64,000 nt of DNA from Zygnema circumcarinatum SAG 698-1b (lineage: Eukaryota > Plantae > Zygnematophyceae), in NCBI GenBank assembly GCA_037447605.1, contig CM074817.1, positions 1,922,001 through 1,986,000 on the forward strand, read 5' to 3'. The first letter of the stretch is position 1, and the number at the start of each line of letters is the position of its first letter. Shown here piece by piece: positions 25,101 to 36,667 of the stretch. The notes beneath the pieces were generated by a model. That model did no database searches. It saw nothing but the letters and a program-made list of their open reading frames with translations, and was not told the origin of the DNA. A program made the position numbers and the translations under genes.

Positions 25101-26055
25101 TGTGGTCTAAGAGGTGGTTCGGAGGTAGGTGGACCTTTGGCTTGGAAACCTGCTTTGGGAAAAGGCACACAAGAGTGATGTCTACCGCATGAAAGGGGCC
25201 CTTCAGGTGAAAGACACCGACAAAATGATGGTTTTCCAGGTGAGCCAAACGCAATCACTTGATCTGAATAGTCATAAGAAAACAAAGAATAATCACACGC
25301 TCAAACATACAGTGGTGGATGTTTAGATGGTCATCCGCGAGGAAAGATACGCTTAAGGTGGACCTTATTTGTTGGTAGTCATAGCAGTGAGCTGTAGTAT
25401 TTGTGGAGTTCAGGCTGTGCTTATTTGTGAGAATAAGTCTCCTGCCATGAAGTAGAGTGGTTGTTGAAACCACTTGGAGCTCACATAGTAAATGAGACTT
25501 TGTCTTGCAGGCTGTTCACGAGCTCTATGAGATTGTTCCAGGGCGGCCCTGGAAGCCCTCCGAAGAGCGCTGCAATAAGCTCGTCATTATTGGTCAGTTC
25601 CTCTGCCCTGAGAAACGTTTGAAACGTCGTACTAAACCTAAAAAAAAATAGGACCTTTAGAAACCCTAGAGGCCTAAGACTTATGGGCCCTTCGCAACCA
25701 GTTTCTTTGGGAAGGAATTGGCACAGTTCATTGCATCCCGCTATGAACTGGAAACATAGAACTAAGCAGGATGACGCCTTTAGGGAAATCGATTTCTGTA
25801 TGTAAACAGTAGAATCGTCATCTCCATGAATCCATCTCCATGGAGTGCCGTCTGTGAATGCGTGCTGACTGCACTGAAACTGGGCATAGAGCGGCTGCCC
25901 CTTCAAAGCTGCCTGCTTGCAGTGATGCTGCCATGCATGGAAGGTCCCTAAAGGAAGGCCTCGTCTGAGATAAGCTGCTATTGGAGGGCGCAGGGCGCAA
26001 CCTTGACCGTGAGTGGCTGCTGTCCTCGTTTTCAAGCTGCTTGCTGCCCGAATGA
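22156..26055 (+). CDS. ZNG1/CBWD-like: COBW/CobW-family G3E P-loop GTPase (ZNG1-type metallochaperone), multi-exon
   Basis: PVTIITGYLGAGKTT, IAVILNEYG, GCICC (CxCC motif), HILLETTGLANPGP, VVDA, ILNKID, YRMKG and QAVHELYE. Last exon GRNLDREWL..PE-stop. Confidence 0.92.
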
Positions 26056-26760
26056 GCCAGCTGCTGGGAGACCAGGGAAACTTTTTGAATTTGTTTGTGC
26101 TTCCCCTGTCAGTGGAGTGGAGGGATTGCGATCTGCTTCACGGGGCCAATAGAGGCTCCATTGGAAGCGAAAACTTTTTGATTTATATCTTCTGGCAGAA
26201 CTTGACTATGAAATTAATAGTGATTGCTAGACGGAATTTTTTTGGTGTACATTCACGAGGAAATATTAAGAATTCCAAAAAGAAAGTTCAATACATGGAC
26301 GGAGCTATTGGCACGGTGTAGGAGTCAGCATATGATTTTTAAATTCTAATCCGCCAACTTCAGTTACCACCTTGAGTTACTGCAAGACGCTCCACCAAAA
26401 GTCAACTTTCTCACATTTCCATGACACATGGTATTTTAGTCTCAGGTCACAGAACTGGAGATAGACAGGGAGACAGAACATGTGACAACGTCACAATCCT
26501 GCCGCTTTACAGAGCGCAAAACCGAAATCAATTATATACATTCCCGTAGCTCGTTACTAAGTGCCATACAGAGCCATAAATAGCCCACATCAAATAGTGG
26601 GAGCAACTGAAGAAATCGACCCTAACCGTAACCAAACCAAGCACACAACAATTGAGAGTCACAAACCCAGTCTTGGAGGGGCGAGGACTCTCCAACATAA
26701 TTTGGAGCTCCGAGGAATGAACCATCCCCCTTATTTGCTAAAGAATAAGATATCAATCAA

Positions 26761-29700
26761 TCAAAATCGGCTGGACACCATCAACGCAAGGCTTTCGAAC
26801 GGTTCTCTCCGGCAGGAACGCGGCATAGAAACGAGGCTGAGACGGCTCTGCAGCTGTGCCCCACATGTCACCGCCGCTCGCAGCTTCTTCCCCCAATTCT
26901 GAGCGAAGGAGTGGTCCAAGGCTGGAGGGTTGAACACCTGTCCCGTGGAGTGTCTTCGGCGTGTTTTCGGGAACAGGAGGAGCTGTTCGTGAATGCTCAG
27001 CCTCTTGAAATCTGCATCCGCAAAGTTGGGAGCAATGATTAGTTCATTTTCAGTGACTGTCAAGCAGATACCATATCCTCTCTTGTTCTGCGAATTAGTC
27101 AGCACTGACTGGAGATGTGCAGTTGCAACAGCTCAATGTGCGTCTGTTTTTTTTATGATAGAACGATGGAAGGAGGTGGGGAGGGGGGAGGGAGAGTAAA
27201 GACCTGCTTGTGACTCGCATTCCTGCTTCCTCTCGTGCGATGAGTTTGCGAACACGCCAGATATGAGCCCCATATGTTGCACAGCCCCCTGATCTGCCAG
27301 CCCTCGAAACGAATTGCCTAACTGGGATCCAAAACTTGCAGCCTCTTTCAATAATGGATTGTCGATTGCAGCACACGATGCCACGATGCCCGTGGCTGCC
27401 AGTAGGATGGATGGTAGAGGAAATCTCCGCATGGGAAGAACAGCTCTACCAAATTTGAGAACAGCTGTAACCAGGGTTGCAGTCAAAGAGGTCTGCACCC
27501 CCTTGGCAAGAAAGGCCGTGCTCTCTTTCTCAAGTGCCCACTGTGCCACCTGAATCAGCCGGTCTCCCAAGGCAGGAGGTTGCTGACACCTTCGACTCAC
27601 AGAGTGACGCATGAGGGAGGCAGAAGCTCGTTCAATGCCAGTGGTAAAGCGCACAAGCATATCTACGTAATGCCTGCATTACACAACGGGTTTCACGAAC
27701 AAGTTTGAGAATCGTTTCAGCCCTAAATGACAACCCTGAAGGGATGATCGCAACAGCAGACATTCAAGTTTCCCATCGACTCTGAAACCTGGAGGCTTCA
27801 ACTGGATGATAATGCTTACCTGCAGTCGTTATGATTGAGCTGATAAGCCATGTTATGTACATTATTAAAACTGCGAATCGCATCTAGGGATAAACGAGTG
27901 CAGCCCATGTATAGAGCAGTCGATGGAAGACCGCCATCCAGCTGCACAACAGCAATAAAAGCTCCAATTAGACAATAAACCAAACAGCACAGCCGATTTT
28001 GTCAGCGCAAATACCCTCTCCCACAGAAAGAAAAGGGCTTCTGAATCATCTGGATAATCGCTAGACAGTCGGACCCTGTTCCTACAGTCGGCCCCTTTTC
28101 ATTCTTGAAGAATGATCTGTGCCTTCGTATTCTTGTCCCCCACGACATAGCACAGCATTTACTTTGATGACGTCAGTGCTATAAACGTCGTCTCATCCAG
28201 AGGCAGGACATCCTCCAATTATACGACAACTTCAACTGAGGGGAAGAAAAAAAAATCTTACCCTCTCTTCGCGGATCTCGCCCTGTGGTCCAGCAAAGAT
28301 TATTCCCTTCTCGTGATGGAGGAGTTCAACCATGGTTTCCACATTCGATAAATTGCTGCGATTCTGGCTGGCGGGGATAGTAACAACCATATCGCCGCCA
28401 CGGGGGCCAAAATCAAACTGCACTAATTCTCCTCGGCGAGATCGAAACACTGCCATGAAGTGGCATACACCTAAATCTCTCAGACTACTCTGCAAATACG
28501 CACAAATACGCATGACGCAGAAGAAAAGTCAGCTTCTCAATTATCTGCTCAACTATGAGCTATTCTCCAGAAGGGTCAATCTAATCGCAAAACTATCGGA
28601 CGTGAGGTAGCATGCAAAAGGCCAGCAGACAATTGCCAGAAATCGGACTAATGAACACGCACAAAGAGCTTCCGGAAGATACCATGTGAATTGTAGTCAT
28701 GCAGCAAAAAAGAAAGCAGGAGTGACATGGATAACGGCAAGCATTTCATACATTCCAAATGTCGTTCTATCAGAAATATTCCATCCCTATGTCCACGTCA
28801 GTCATGCAGAGGATACGCGGTCTAAAGCCAAACGAACGAAAGTAGAAATTGGAGCACAACCGTGCACATGTCATTCGAAGGAAGCAAGGCAGCAACAAAT
28901 CACTTGCAAAAATAGTGACCATCAACGTTATTCTGCAACTTAAAACTTAAATTACACATCCTCAATATTTCGAATTACATCTACTGAATCGACACTCTCT
29001 GATATGACTTGAGCAATATGCCCCTACGGATTCAAAAACGCACGCATGTTGAGCTTGTTAAATTAAAGCGCTGCCAGAATTGCCATGTGATGAACCACCT
29101 GGGCCCTCTATTTCCCTGCGATTTTAGACGATTTTGTTTCGGTCCTTAGAAAACCAGTGTCGTAGGGGCATTCATAAAGCAGTTTCAAGCAACGGCTATC
29201 TACATAGGGACTACGATCCTTCGACAATAGTTCAAATACTTGTTATATTCAGGGAACGAACAGAGATAATGAGTGCATATCTATTCCTAAAACTCATTGA
29301 AATAGTTTTAGGAACCGTTTTTGTCAAACGGTCGTCATAGTCATGTAGTATCTTAAAGAAAGACACGGAGTGATTTTTATTTCGAACGACGAGCAGACAA
29401 AGCAGAAGTACATCCACAAGAGAAGTATTCTCTGCAGAGTCATTTTGCAGCCGTTCTGGACAACCTTTGTCAGTGCGCTCAGGAGTCAAAAGCATCGCAA
29501 GGTCAATAGGGACAGAGTAAGCACGAAAGGCCGATCCAGATCAAAAACGTCCTCAGCTTGACAAGGCGAGACTGATCCAATTCACGTGCATTCACATAAA
29601 CATGCCATATTGACCCTTGCGCGACATGTCAATCAAATCGCCAAACTTAAACCAATTCTCCACTTCGTCTTCATTCGCTTTGGTTTTGATCGAAGGAAAT

Positions 29701-30257
29701 CCGATAAAGACGCAGATGCGATTAGGAAAGAAGGCAAAACAACGCTATAAAACAAGCAAAAGCCTTTCAATCACCTTATGATTCAGACACGAAATCAAGT
29801 CCACTGGAGATGTAAAGATGCTCACCTTCACCTTCGGAGGAAGAGTTGAATATAAATCGCCAGTAACCTCTCGGAGCGGTCTATGACAAACATAAACTTC
29901 CCATTCGTCCTCACACGCCGGCGATGAGGTGCTAACTGAACATTCCAGGGTACTGTAAAACTGTCCAGTATTCCGCGATCCTGCTCTCATCGTTTCTTCC
30001 AATCGTGACTGCTTTGCAATCCTATCTTTGTCCAGCTCAACAAAGCTGGCCATCATTTGCTTTCTAAACTTACTTTCTACAGTAGTCAACAAACCTACGT
30101 CACCCCCGAAAACGACCCCTGTTCCAAGAGATCTTCTGCAAACGACCTCGTCTAAAGATCCATCCCTGCAGATCCCTGCAGCAGACTCATCTAAAGCCTG
30201 CAGCGGCCTCCTCCCCAACAATCTCGCTCCCTCCAAATCCTCCTCCTCCTCCCTCAC
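26761..30257 (-). CDS. Uncharacterised plant protein with permuted papain-like (PPPDE/DeSI-like) signature; both ends uncertain
   Basis: Exons EVYVCHRPL, RDLGVCHF..VQFDFGPRGGD and YQLNHNDCR|HYVDML (spliced ~27810 to ~27672) give a His...Cys order like PPPDE folds. The track start is GTG, so a further 5' exon (~30455) is possible. Confidence 0.6.
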
Positions 30258-30564
30258 TAAACCCTCCCACCAACCCCCTCCGCCGCCACTTTCAAATCAC
30301 CAATCCTCCTCAATCAATAACTCCTCCCTCTCCCTCTCCCTCTCCCTCTCCCTCCCTCAACCGTTCCCTCTCCAACTGACAATGCAAAACGAAGCGATGA
30401 GCCAACGCAATGTCGCGTAACCGGGTTGAAATGGCTGCAGGTGGGCGGCCGCCATGGCGTCCGAGCATCGCGGCAGCCATGGCATCTTTCCAGGGCACCT
30501 CCTGCAGCAAATATTCAGATTCCGCCTCCGCCCGCCGCCCTCGGCCACTCTTGCAAGACGCCCT

Positions 30565-30969
30565 GCCACGTGGCACTTGCAACCGCGCTTTTTGCTCCAA
30601 TGGCCAATGCGAGCGCGCCTTCACATGTGTGCGATCTGCCGACTATGCGGAATATGAGCCACGTGGCGGGAGGATCCAGCGCTCCGCCAGTTTGATGCCA
30701 TTTACTTTACTGGTTCCCTGTGAAAATTCGGACGACATTTTCAACCGAGGATGGATCCATGCTACTTGTGACACGTGGCACACTGACGAGCGCCACGTGG
30801 CACGGCACCGAATCAGGAGGCGCGGATTGGTCAAAACGGACCCGCTCCTGCGCCGGTTCTCCGCAATGTCCGGGCGAGGCCTGCAACCAGAGGGAGCCAC
30901 GTGGCACTCTTGCGCTGCCCTTTTCCGAAAATATCGAGCGGAAATGCGGAAAAGCGCGTGCCACGTGGC
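30565..30969. promoter_or_regulatory. Cluster of six G-boxes (CACGTG), five as perfect GCCACGTGGC
   Basis: Sites at ~30565, 30658, 30770, 30792, 30896 and 30960, directly upstream of the minus-strand PPPDE-like gene. Confidence 0.55.
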
Positions 30970-31180
30970 AGGAGATGGGGATCCGCCGACAGGCGAAATG
31001 TGTCGGTGGAAATATCACGCAGATGCCGGATCTCGGGGGATTCCGGACGGGAACTGGAACTGGAACTGAGGGGATGGATGCGCATGGGGCCGGCCAACGG
31101 CAACGTGCTTTCGAATTTCAAATTTGGGTTCACTCGTGGTTTCTAGTTTTTGTAGAGCTTTGAAGTCTAGCACAGTTCGG

Positions 31181-31553
31181 ACCAGTGGATCGGCAACCAT
31201 TGGACAACCATTGGATGGCAATGGTTGGACGTCTACTGGTTGGCAACCAGTCGACTGGTTGCCAACCAGTGGCATCCACTGGTTCCAAACCAGTCGAATG
31301 GTTGTCAACCAGTGGCATCCACTGGTTGGCAACCAGACGAATGGTTGTTTCGGTCCGCAACCACTGGTTGGCAACCAGTCGACTGGTTTGGAACCAGTGG
31401 CATCCACTGGTTGGCAACCATTCGACTGGTTGTGAACCAGTGGCATCCACTGGTTCCGAACCAGTCGAATGGTTGTTTCGATCCGGCGGCACTGGTTGAC
31501 AACCAGTCGAATGGTTATATCCATTTAATCAAATGGTTGGCAACCATTAAATT
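31181..31553. repeat. Array A of palindromic dyads ACTGGTT-N3-AACCAGT (about 12), joined alternately by CG and GGCATCC (43-bp higher-order unit)
   Basis: Units read directly from the sequence. Confidence 0.93.
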
Positions 31554-31585
31554 GTCGGTGTATGGATCTCCGTACAGTCGATATA

Positions 31586-32140
31586 CAGTAGGGGGTCCTC
31601 ATATTTTCCACCCTGGTTCCGGGCAAAATGAGGCGAAAATATTAAATTTGCATATATAAGGTTCGTGTTACGAATAGACGGGCGGTATTATGTTAGAGTT
31701 CATGTTGAACCGTACGTATCGTACCGTACCGTATCGTACCGTATCATTTAGAATCGTATCGTATCGTGATATATCGTGACGCATAAGCGTAGTTTTTAGG
31801 ACTGTTGTTCGTCTCATTGATGATGCCGTACTACGGATAGTACCGTATCGGGAAGTTTCGTATCGTATTGACGATATCGTATCGTATCGTATCGTGTCGA
31901 AGTCAAGAAGACGGGGAGAAGAGCGAGCGCCTCTTACGGCGGCACGAGCGGGGAGATTAGGTGAGTTTTGCGTAAGCCCGTAACGGCTAGTACAGATAGT
32001 ACGGACAGTACGAACAGTACGGTCAGTACGAATAGTACGGCTAACACAAGTTACCGTACAAAAAGGTGGTTTCGGCAAAATCGGGGCGAAAATATTGAGG
32101 ACGCACTCCTTAGGGTCGTAAATACGAGGACCCCCCACTG
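31586..32140 (+). mobile_element. pogo/Tc1-mariner-like MITE copy 1 (555 bp)
   Basis: TA|CAGTAGGGGGTCCTC ... GAGGACCCCCCACTG|TA; internal (CGTAT)n and GTAC repeats. Confidence 0.88.
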
Positions 32141-32188
32141 TATGGGATTTGGTCTACATGTACGGATATACGGTCAGGTGAAATAAAT

Positions 32189-32857
32189 AGTACGCTTATT
32201 GTTTTGGCGGGTAGCACGGGATGCCACCGGTTGGCTGCGCCAATTGGGGCAGCCAATCTAGGACTACCACGTGGCAATTAGGGTTACAGGCCTGCTGGAG
32301 GATGGAGGCAGGAGGGACTGCAAGGAGGCAACGCAGAGGAGGACGAGCTCCCCGGTCTCACCGGGCGGCGGACATGGCCAGCCGAGCAGCCAGCAAGCAA
32401 AGGACGAGGGCCAGGGCGGGAACCAGGGCGGGCGTCGAGGCGAGCGAGGAGCGGCGGACATGGAGGCAAATTATTGGAGCGGTGGGAGTGCGGCCGAATG
32501 AGGAGCTGCGGCTCTCTTTAGGGCTTAGGCATAAATAGTGCTTAGTGCTTTTTTAGGTTTAACCTTCTTCTGCTTTGCTATGTGCAATCAGCCCTTGTGA
32601 AGGCTGGATAGAGGAGGTGGGAGCTTGGGTAGCTCAGGTGTGTTCTTTGGGATTAGAGGGTGTGTTTAGAGGATAGTGTGAGGTTGAGTTCCAGACACAT
32701 TCCTTGTAAACATCCTTATTCTTATTAATGGAGTTTTAGGCTTAGAGCTTTCTCCAAAGTTTTCTCAGCGTATGTTCTACTCCCTTGCATGTTCCTCAGT
32801 CTGAAGTGTCTATAGCGGCAAGTGAGGGGACATCTGCTGGGGGGTCTGACTCTAACA
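32189..32857 (+). mobile_element. Probable solo LTR (669 bp)
   Basis: Flanked by the 5-bp direct repeat TAAAT (32184-88 and 32858-62) and ends in CA. Starts AG rather than TG. Contains an ATAAATAG TATA-like box followed by a T-rich segment. Confidence 0.5.
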
Positions 32858-33980
32858 TAAATCACTAATTGTCAACAGTTGGCAACCCACCAAAAAACAC
32901 ATACGACCCATTTTTGAGCCCCTACATCTCCCTATACGTTTGATTTACAGTAAACTATTAGTTTCCTCTTTTTGAAGTACTCACGGAACCCTAAGCCTGG
33001 CCTGAACCCTAAGCCTAGCCTAAACCCAAAATCTGGACTCCTGCTCCTCCTCGCGATTCTGACTGCTCTCACAAAGCGCACACTCATGCGCTCTACAGCG
33101 ACAAAACAAAACAAAACAAAATAAATTTAGCAGAGCATGTCCATCCACCCAAGAGAAGAAAATGAGCACAAAACACACACACATCGCAGTATTCGCATTT
33201 TCAGATGATCACATACAGTTGAAAAAAATTCATATCAGAAATTTCAGAGTGTGCAGTTTTGCTGAAAATAAAAAGACTGCCAAAAGCAGTGGAAGTTTCA
33301 AAAATAAAATAACGAAGCACTTCAAAATTACGAAGGAACGAATTTACGAATTACATATGAAATGAAGTTACAGCTTCAAGACTGAGCCTTCAACTCCAGC
33401 CCTTAGACTCTACCACACTTTTAAACTCCTAAATGAATACCCCCAACCTTCCTTACCCACCCTCCCTCTCTCTCTCTCTATCCTCTTTTTCTCACTCCAT
33501 CCCTCTCTCTCTCATTCCCTCCCTCCTTCCCTCCTCCAATACTTGCCTGCTTGTTTGCTCGCCTTCTTGCTTGCGTGTCTCCCTCCCTCCTTCCTTTCCT
33601 CCTACCTCCCTGCCTCCGTCCATCAAATTTTTCAATTGTCATCATTCACATAATCCAGATAGTTTCCTCCTACCTCCTTGCCTCCGTCCATCACATTTTT
33701 CAATTGACATCATTCACATAATCCGGATAGTCAGCTGCCTGAGTATCTATGACATCTTCGTCCGCCTCCTCCCTTGCATCATTTTCGATGGGCATCTCAA
33801 TTGAAATTTGCTCTCTTACTTCTTCATCGCTGCCTTCATCTAGCGCACTGACTGCTTCAAACGATTTGCAATCTGATAAGCGTGTAGGCACAAAAGAGTT
33901 GATTTCAACCCATGCCACCGAATGCTGTCAATAAGTGAGAAAGGAAGGGTTCAGGTTAGGAAAAAGAGCATAATTTCAGA

Positions 33981-34391
33981 AATTCAATGGTTGCCAACCA
34001 TTGGATCACTGGTTCCGAACCAGTCGAATGGTTGTTTCAGTCCTGCGCCACTGGTTCGCAACCAGTCGACTGGTTTCCAACCAGTGGATGCCACTGGTTG
34101 GCAACCAGTTGACTGGTTTGGAACCAGTGGATGCCACTGGTTGGCAACCATCCGACTGGTTGCAAACCAGTGGCATCCACTGGTTGGCAACCAGTCGACT
34201 GGTTTGGAACCAGTGGATGCCACTGGTTGGCAACCATTCGACTGGTTGCGAACCAGTGGCATCCACTGGTTGCCAACCAGTCGAATGGTTGTTTCGGTCC
34301 GCAACCACTGGTTGCCAACCAGTCGAATGGTTGTTTCGGTCCGCAACCACTGGTTGCCAACCAGTCGACTGGTTTGTCTAATGGTCCGATC
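33981..34391. repeat. Array B of the same ACTGGTT-N3-AACCAGT dyads (about 15); its ends are inverted relative to array A
   Basis: Units read directly. The outer end ttgtctaatggtccgatc mirrors gatcgg..accattggacaa, and the inner end aattcaatggttgccaaccatt mirrors aatggttggcaaccattaaatt. Confidence 0.93.
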
Positions 34392-34609
34392 TGTTGTCTA
34401 GGGAGTTTGTTATTTACACACCTTTTAGCTAACTTTGTGTGTCCTCACGGCCTATCACCACGCGCCACGTGTACATTCAACATTTGTCGATTCTAGCGCT
34501 CTGTTCAGACCGGGACCAAATCACCTAAGGACCTCGGATATCGGCTAAGGACCAGCGACAGAGGCTGTGGACCGTACCGTGTACAGTACAGTCTTCTCAC
34601 GTTACAGTA

Positions 34610-35252
34610 CAGTAGGGGGTTCTCGTATTTACCGCCCTAAGGAATGCGTCCTCAAGAAATTCGCCCCGATTTTGCCGCAAACCACCTTTTTGTACGGTAA
34701 CTGCGTGTTAGCCGTACGGTTCGTACTAGCCGTACTAGCCGTTACGGGCTTACGCAAAAGTCACCTAATCTCCCCGCACCTCCCGCCGTAAGAGGCTCTC
34801 GCTCTTCTCCCTCTTCTTCGTGCCCTCGATACGATACGATACGATACGATACGATACTTTACGATACTGTGCGACACGGTACGATACGAAACGCCCCGAT
34901 ACGGTACTATCCGTACTAGCCGTATGAGCTGTAGTAGCCGTTACAGTACGATACGGTACGATATGGTACGGTACGATACGAAACGCCCCGATACGGTACT
35001 AGCCGTACGAGCTGAGACGAACAAACAGCGGAAAACTACGTCTATGCGTTACGATATGGCACGATACGATACGACGCTAAACGATACCGTACGATACGGT
35101 ACGATATGGTGCGATACGATACGTACGGTCCAACATGAACTCTAACATAATACCGCCCGTCTATTGGTAACACGAACCTTATATATGCAAAATCAATATT
35201 TTCGCCTCATATTGGCCAAAACCAGGGTGGAAAATATGAGGACCCCCTACTG
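34610..35252 (-). mobile_element. pogo/Tc1-like MITE copy 2 (643 bp), opposite orientation to copy 1
   Basis: TA|CAGTAGGGGGTTCTC ... GAGGACCCCCTACTG|TA; interior is the reverse complement of 31586-32140. Confidence 0.88.
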
Positions 35253-35339
35253 TATAGTGACCGTGTCGGCCCCCACATGTTTGTGTCACTATATCCGTAA
35301 TGACCCGTTTGTCATTTTACATTTATAGTGATAATGTTA

Positions 35340-36391
35340 GGAAAATGATACAGCGGCCCCACTCTTTGGATATCGGCGCCCCCTTTTGGGAAAAAAATGT
35401 ACTTTTTTTTTGGCTAATCACTCCCCCCCTTGGATCTTTCGGGAGGAGAGATCTTGTAGACAATCGGACCCCGCGCCTCGCGCGCCGGATCCGACTGTGC
35501 ACCGACGTACGGCGCCGCGCATCGCGGCGTGGCCAGCGAGATGCGGCGAGCCTACGGAAACGTTGTCCTCACCTGACCCGTTTGGGTCAGAGGTTGCCAC
35601 GTGACAGCCTGCCATTGGACAGCCCTGCTGCCGGTCCCCCATGCCGATACCGTGGACCCCCATAATATTTTCGCCATGGTTTCGGCAAATACTGGGCGAA
35701 AATATTGTAATTTGCAAATATAAGGTCCGTGCTACCAATAGGCGAGCGGTATTATGTTAGAGTTCATGTCTGTTCGTACGTATCGTATCGTGTCGTATCG
35801 TACCGTGATTTAGATACACGAGCTCCTATTGGTGCCGTACATATACCGTACGACTTAGAGATTTTATTCGTACTTACCGTACAGCGTGAAAGCGTGACCC
35901 ATGTTTGAAATCCGTTTCGATTAACAGATTTTGAATTGGAGAATAGGTCAGGTTAGGTTAACACCCCTAATACGTTAACATTGAGTTACCGTACAAAAAG
36001 GTGGTTTCGGCAAAATCGGGGCGAATTTCTTGGGGACGCACTGTACAAGGTGGAAAATATGGGGGTCCACTGTATCGGCAATTCGGCATGGGGGACCGGC
36101 AGCAGGGCTGTTCAATGGCAGACTGCCACGTGGCAACCTCTGACCCAAACGGGTCAGGTGAGGACAACGTTTCCGTAGGCTCGCCGCATCCCGCGGGCCA
36201 CGCCGCGATGCGCGGCTCCGTACGTCGGTGCACGGTCGGATCCTGCGCGCGAGGCGCGGGATCCGATTGTCTACAAGATCTCTCCTCCCGAAAGATCCAA
36301 GTGGGGGGGGGGTTGATTAGCCAAAAAAAAAAACATTTTTCCCAAAAGGGGGTGCCGATATCCAAAAAGTGGGGCCGCTATATCATTTTCC
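35340..36391 (+). mobile_element. Foldback/Mutator-like non-autonomous element copy 1 (1052 bp, ~310-bp TIRs)
   Basis: Ends GGAAAATGATA...TATCATTTTCC; 8-bp TSD TAATGTTA (35332-39 and 36392-99); arms 35340-35649 and 36073-36391. Confidence 0.88.
35650..36072 (+). mobile_element. pogo/Tc1-like MITE copy 3, nested at the symmetry axis of the foldback element
   Basis: TA|CCGTGGACCCCC ... GGGGGTCCACTG|TA; shares GCGGTATTATGTTAGAGTTCATG and TTACCGTACAAAAAGGTGGTTTCGGCAAAATCGGGGCGAA with copies 1 and 2. Confidence 0.85.
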
Positions 36392-36667
36392 TAATGTTAT
36401 TACAGATGTTTTTGCGGTATATCCGTACACCTTTGATCCCGTACTGTACAGTACATTGTACTTTTTGGGCAGTCGTCTCGTGGGTACTGTACAGGTCTAC
36501 GAACCCTGGTGAGCATGTGTACGGTCAAGTTGATATGTACGGTCACGTCGATATCTGACGGTATTTGTCGATATATGTACGGTCGTAATATATTTCTAAC
36601 TTATATCCGATGCGTGGGTGGATAATATCGACATTTTGAATATATAGTAACAATTAGGGCTTTTCAA

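Noticed and set aside
30410-31069. 219-aa plus-strand ORF
   Set aside because: No recognisable domain; it overlaps the G-box cluster and several equally long ORFs in other frames.
31015-31659. Many overlapping W/Q/P-rich ORFs here and at 33922-34496 and 11109-11643
   Set aside because: By-products of stop-poor palindromic repeats, open in most frames on both strands.
31181-34391. Palindromic repeat arrays as CRISPR
   Set aside because: Intervening sequences are only 2-7 bp and themselves repeated. There are no unique 25-45 bp spacers and no cas genes, and the context is eukaryotic.
31168-34400. hAT assignment for the array-bounded unit (TAG...CTA ends)
   Set aside because: No 8-bp TSD at the candidate termini (ttgaagtc versus gggagttt), so the superfamily is left open.
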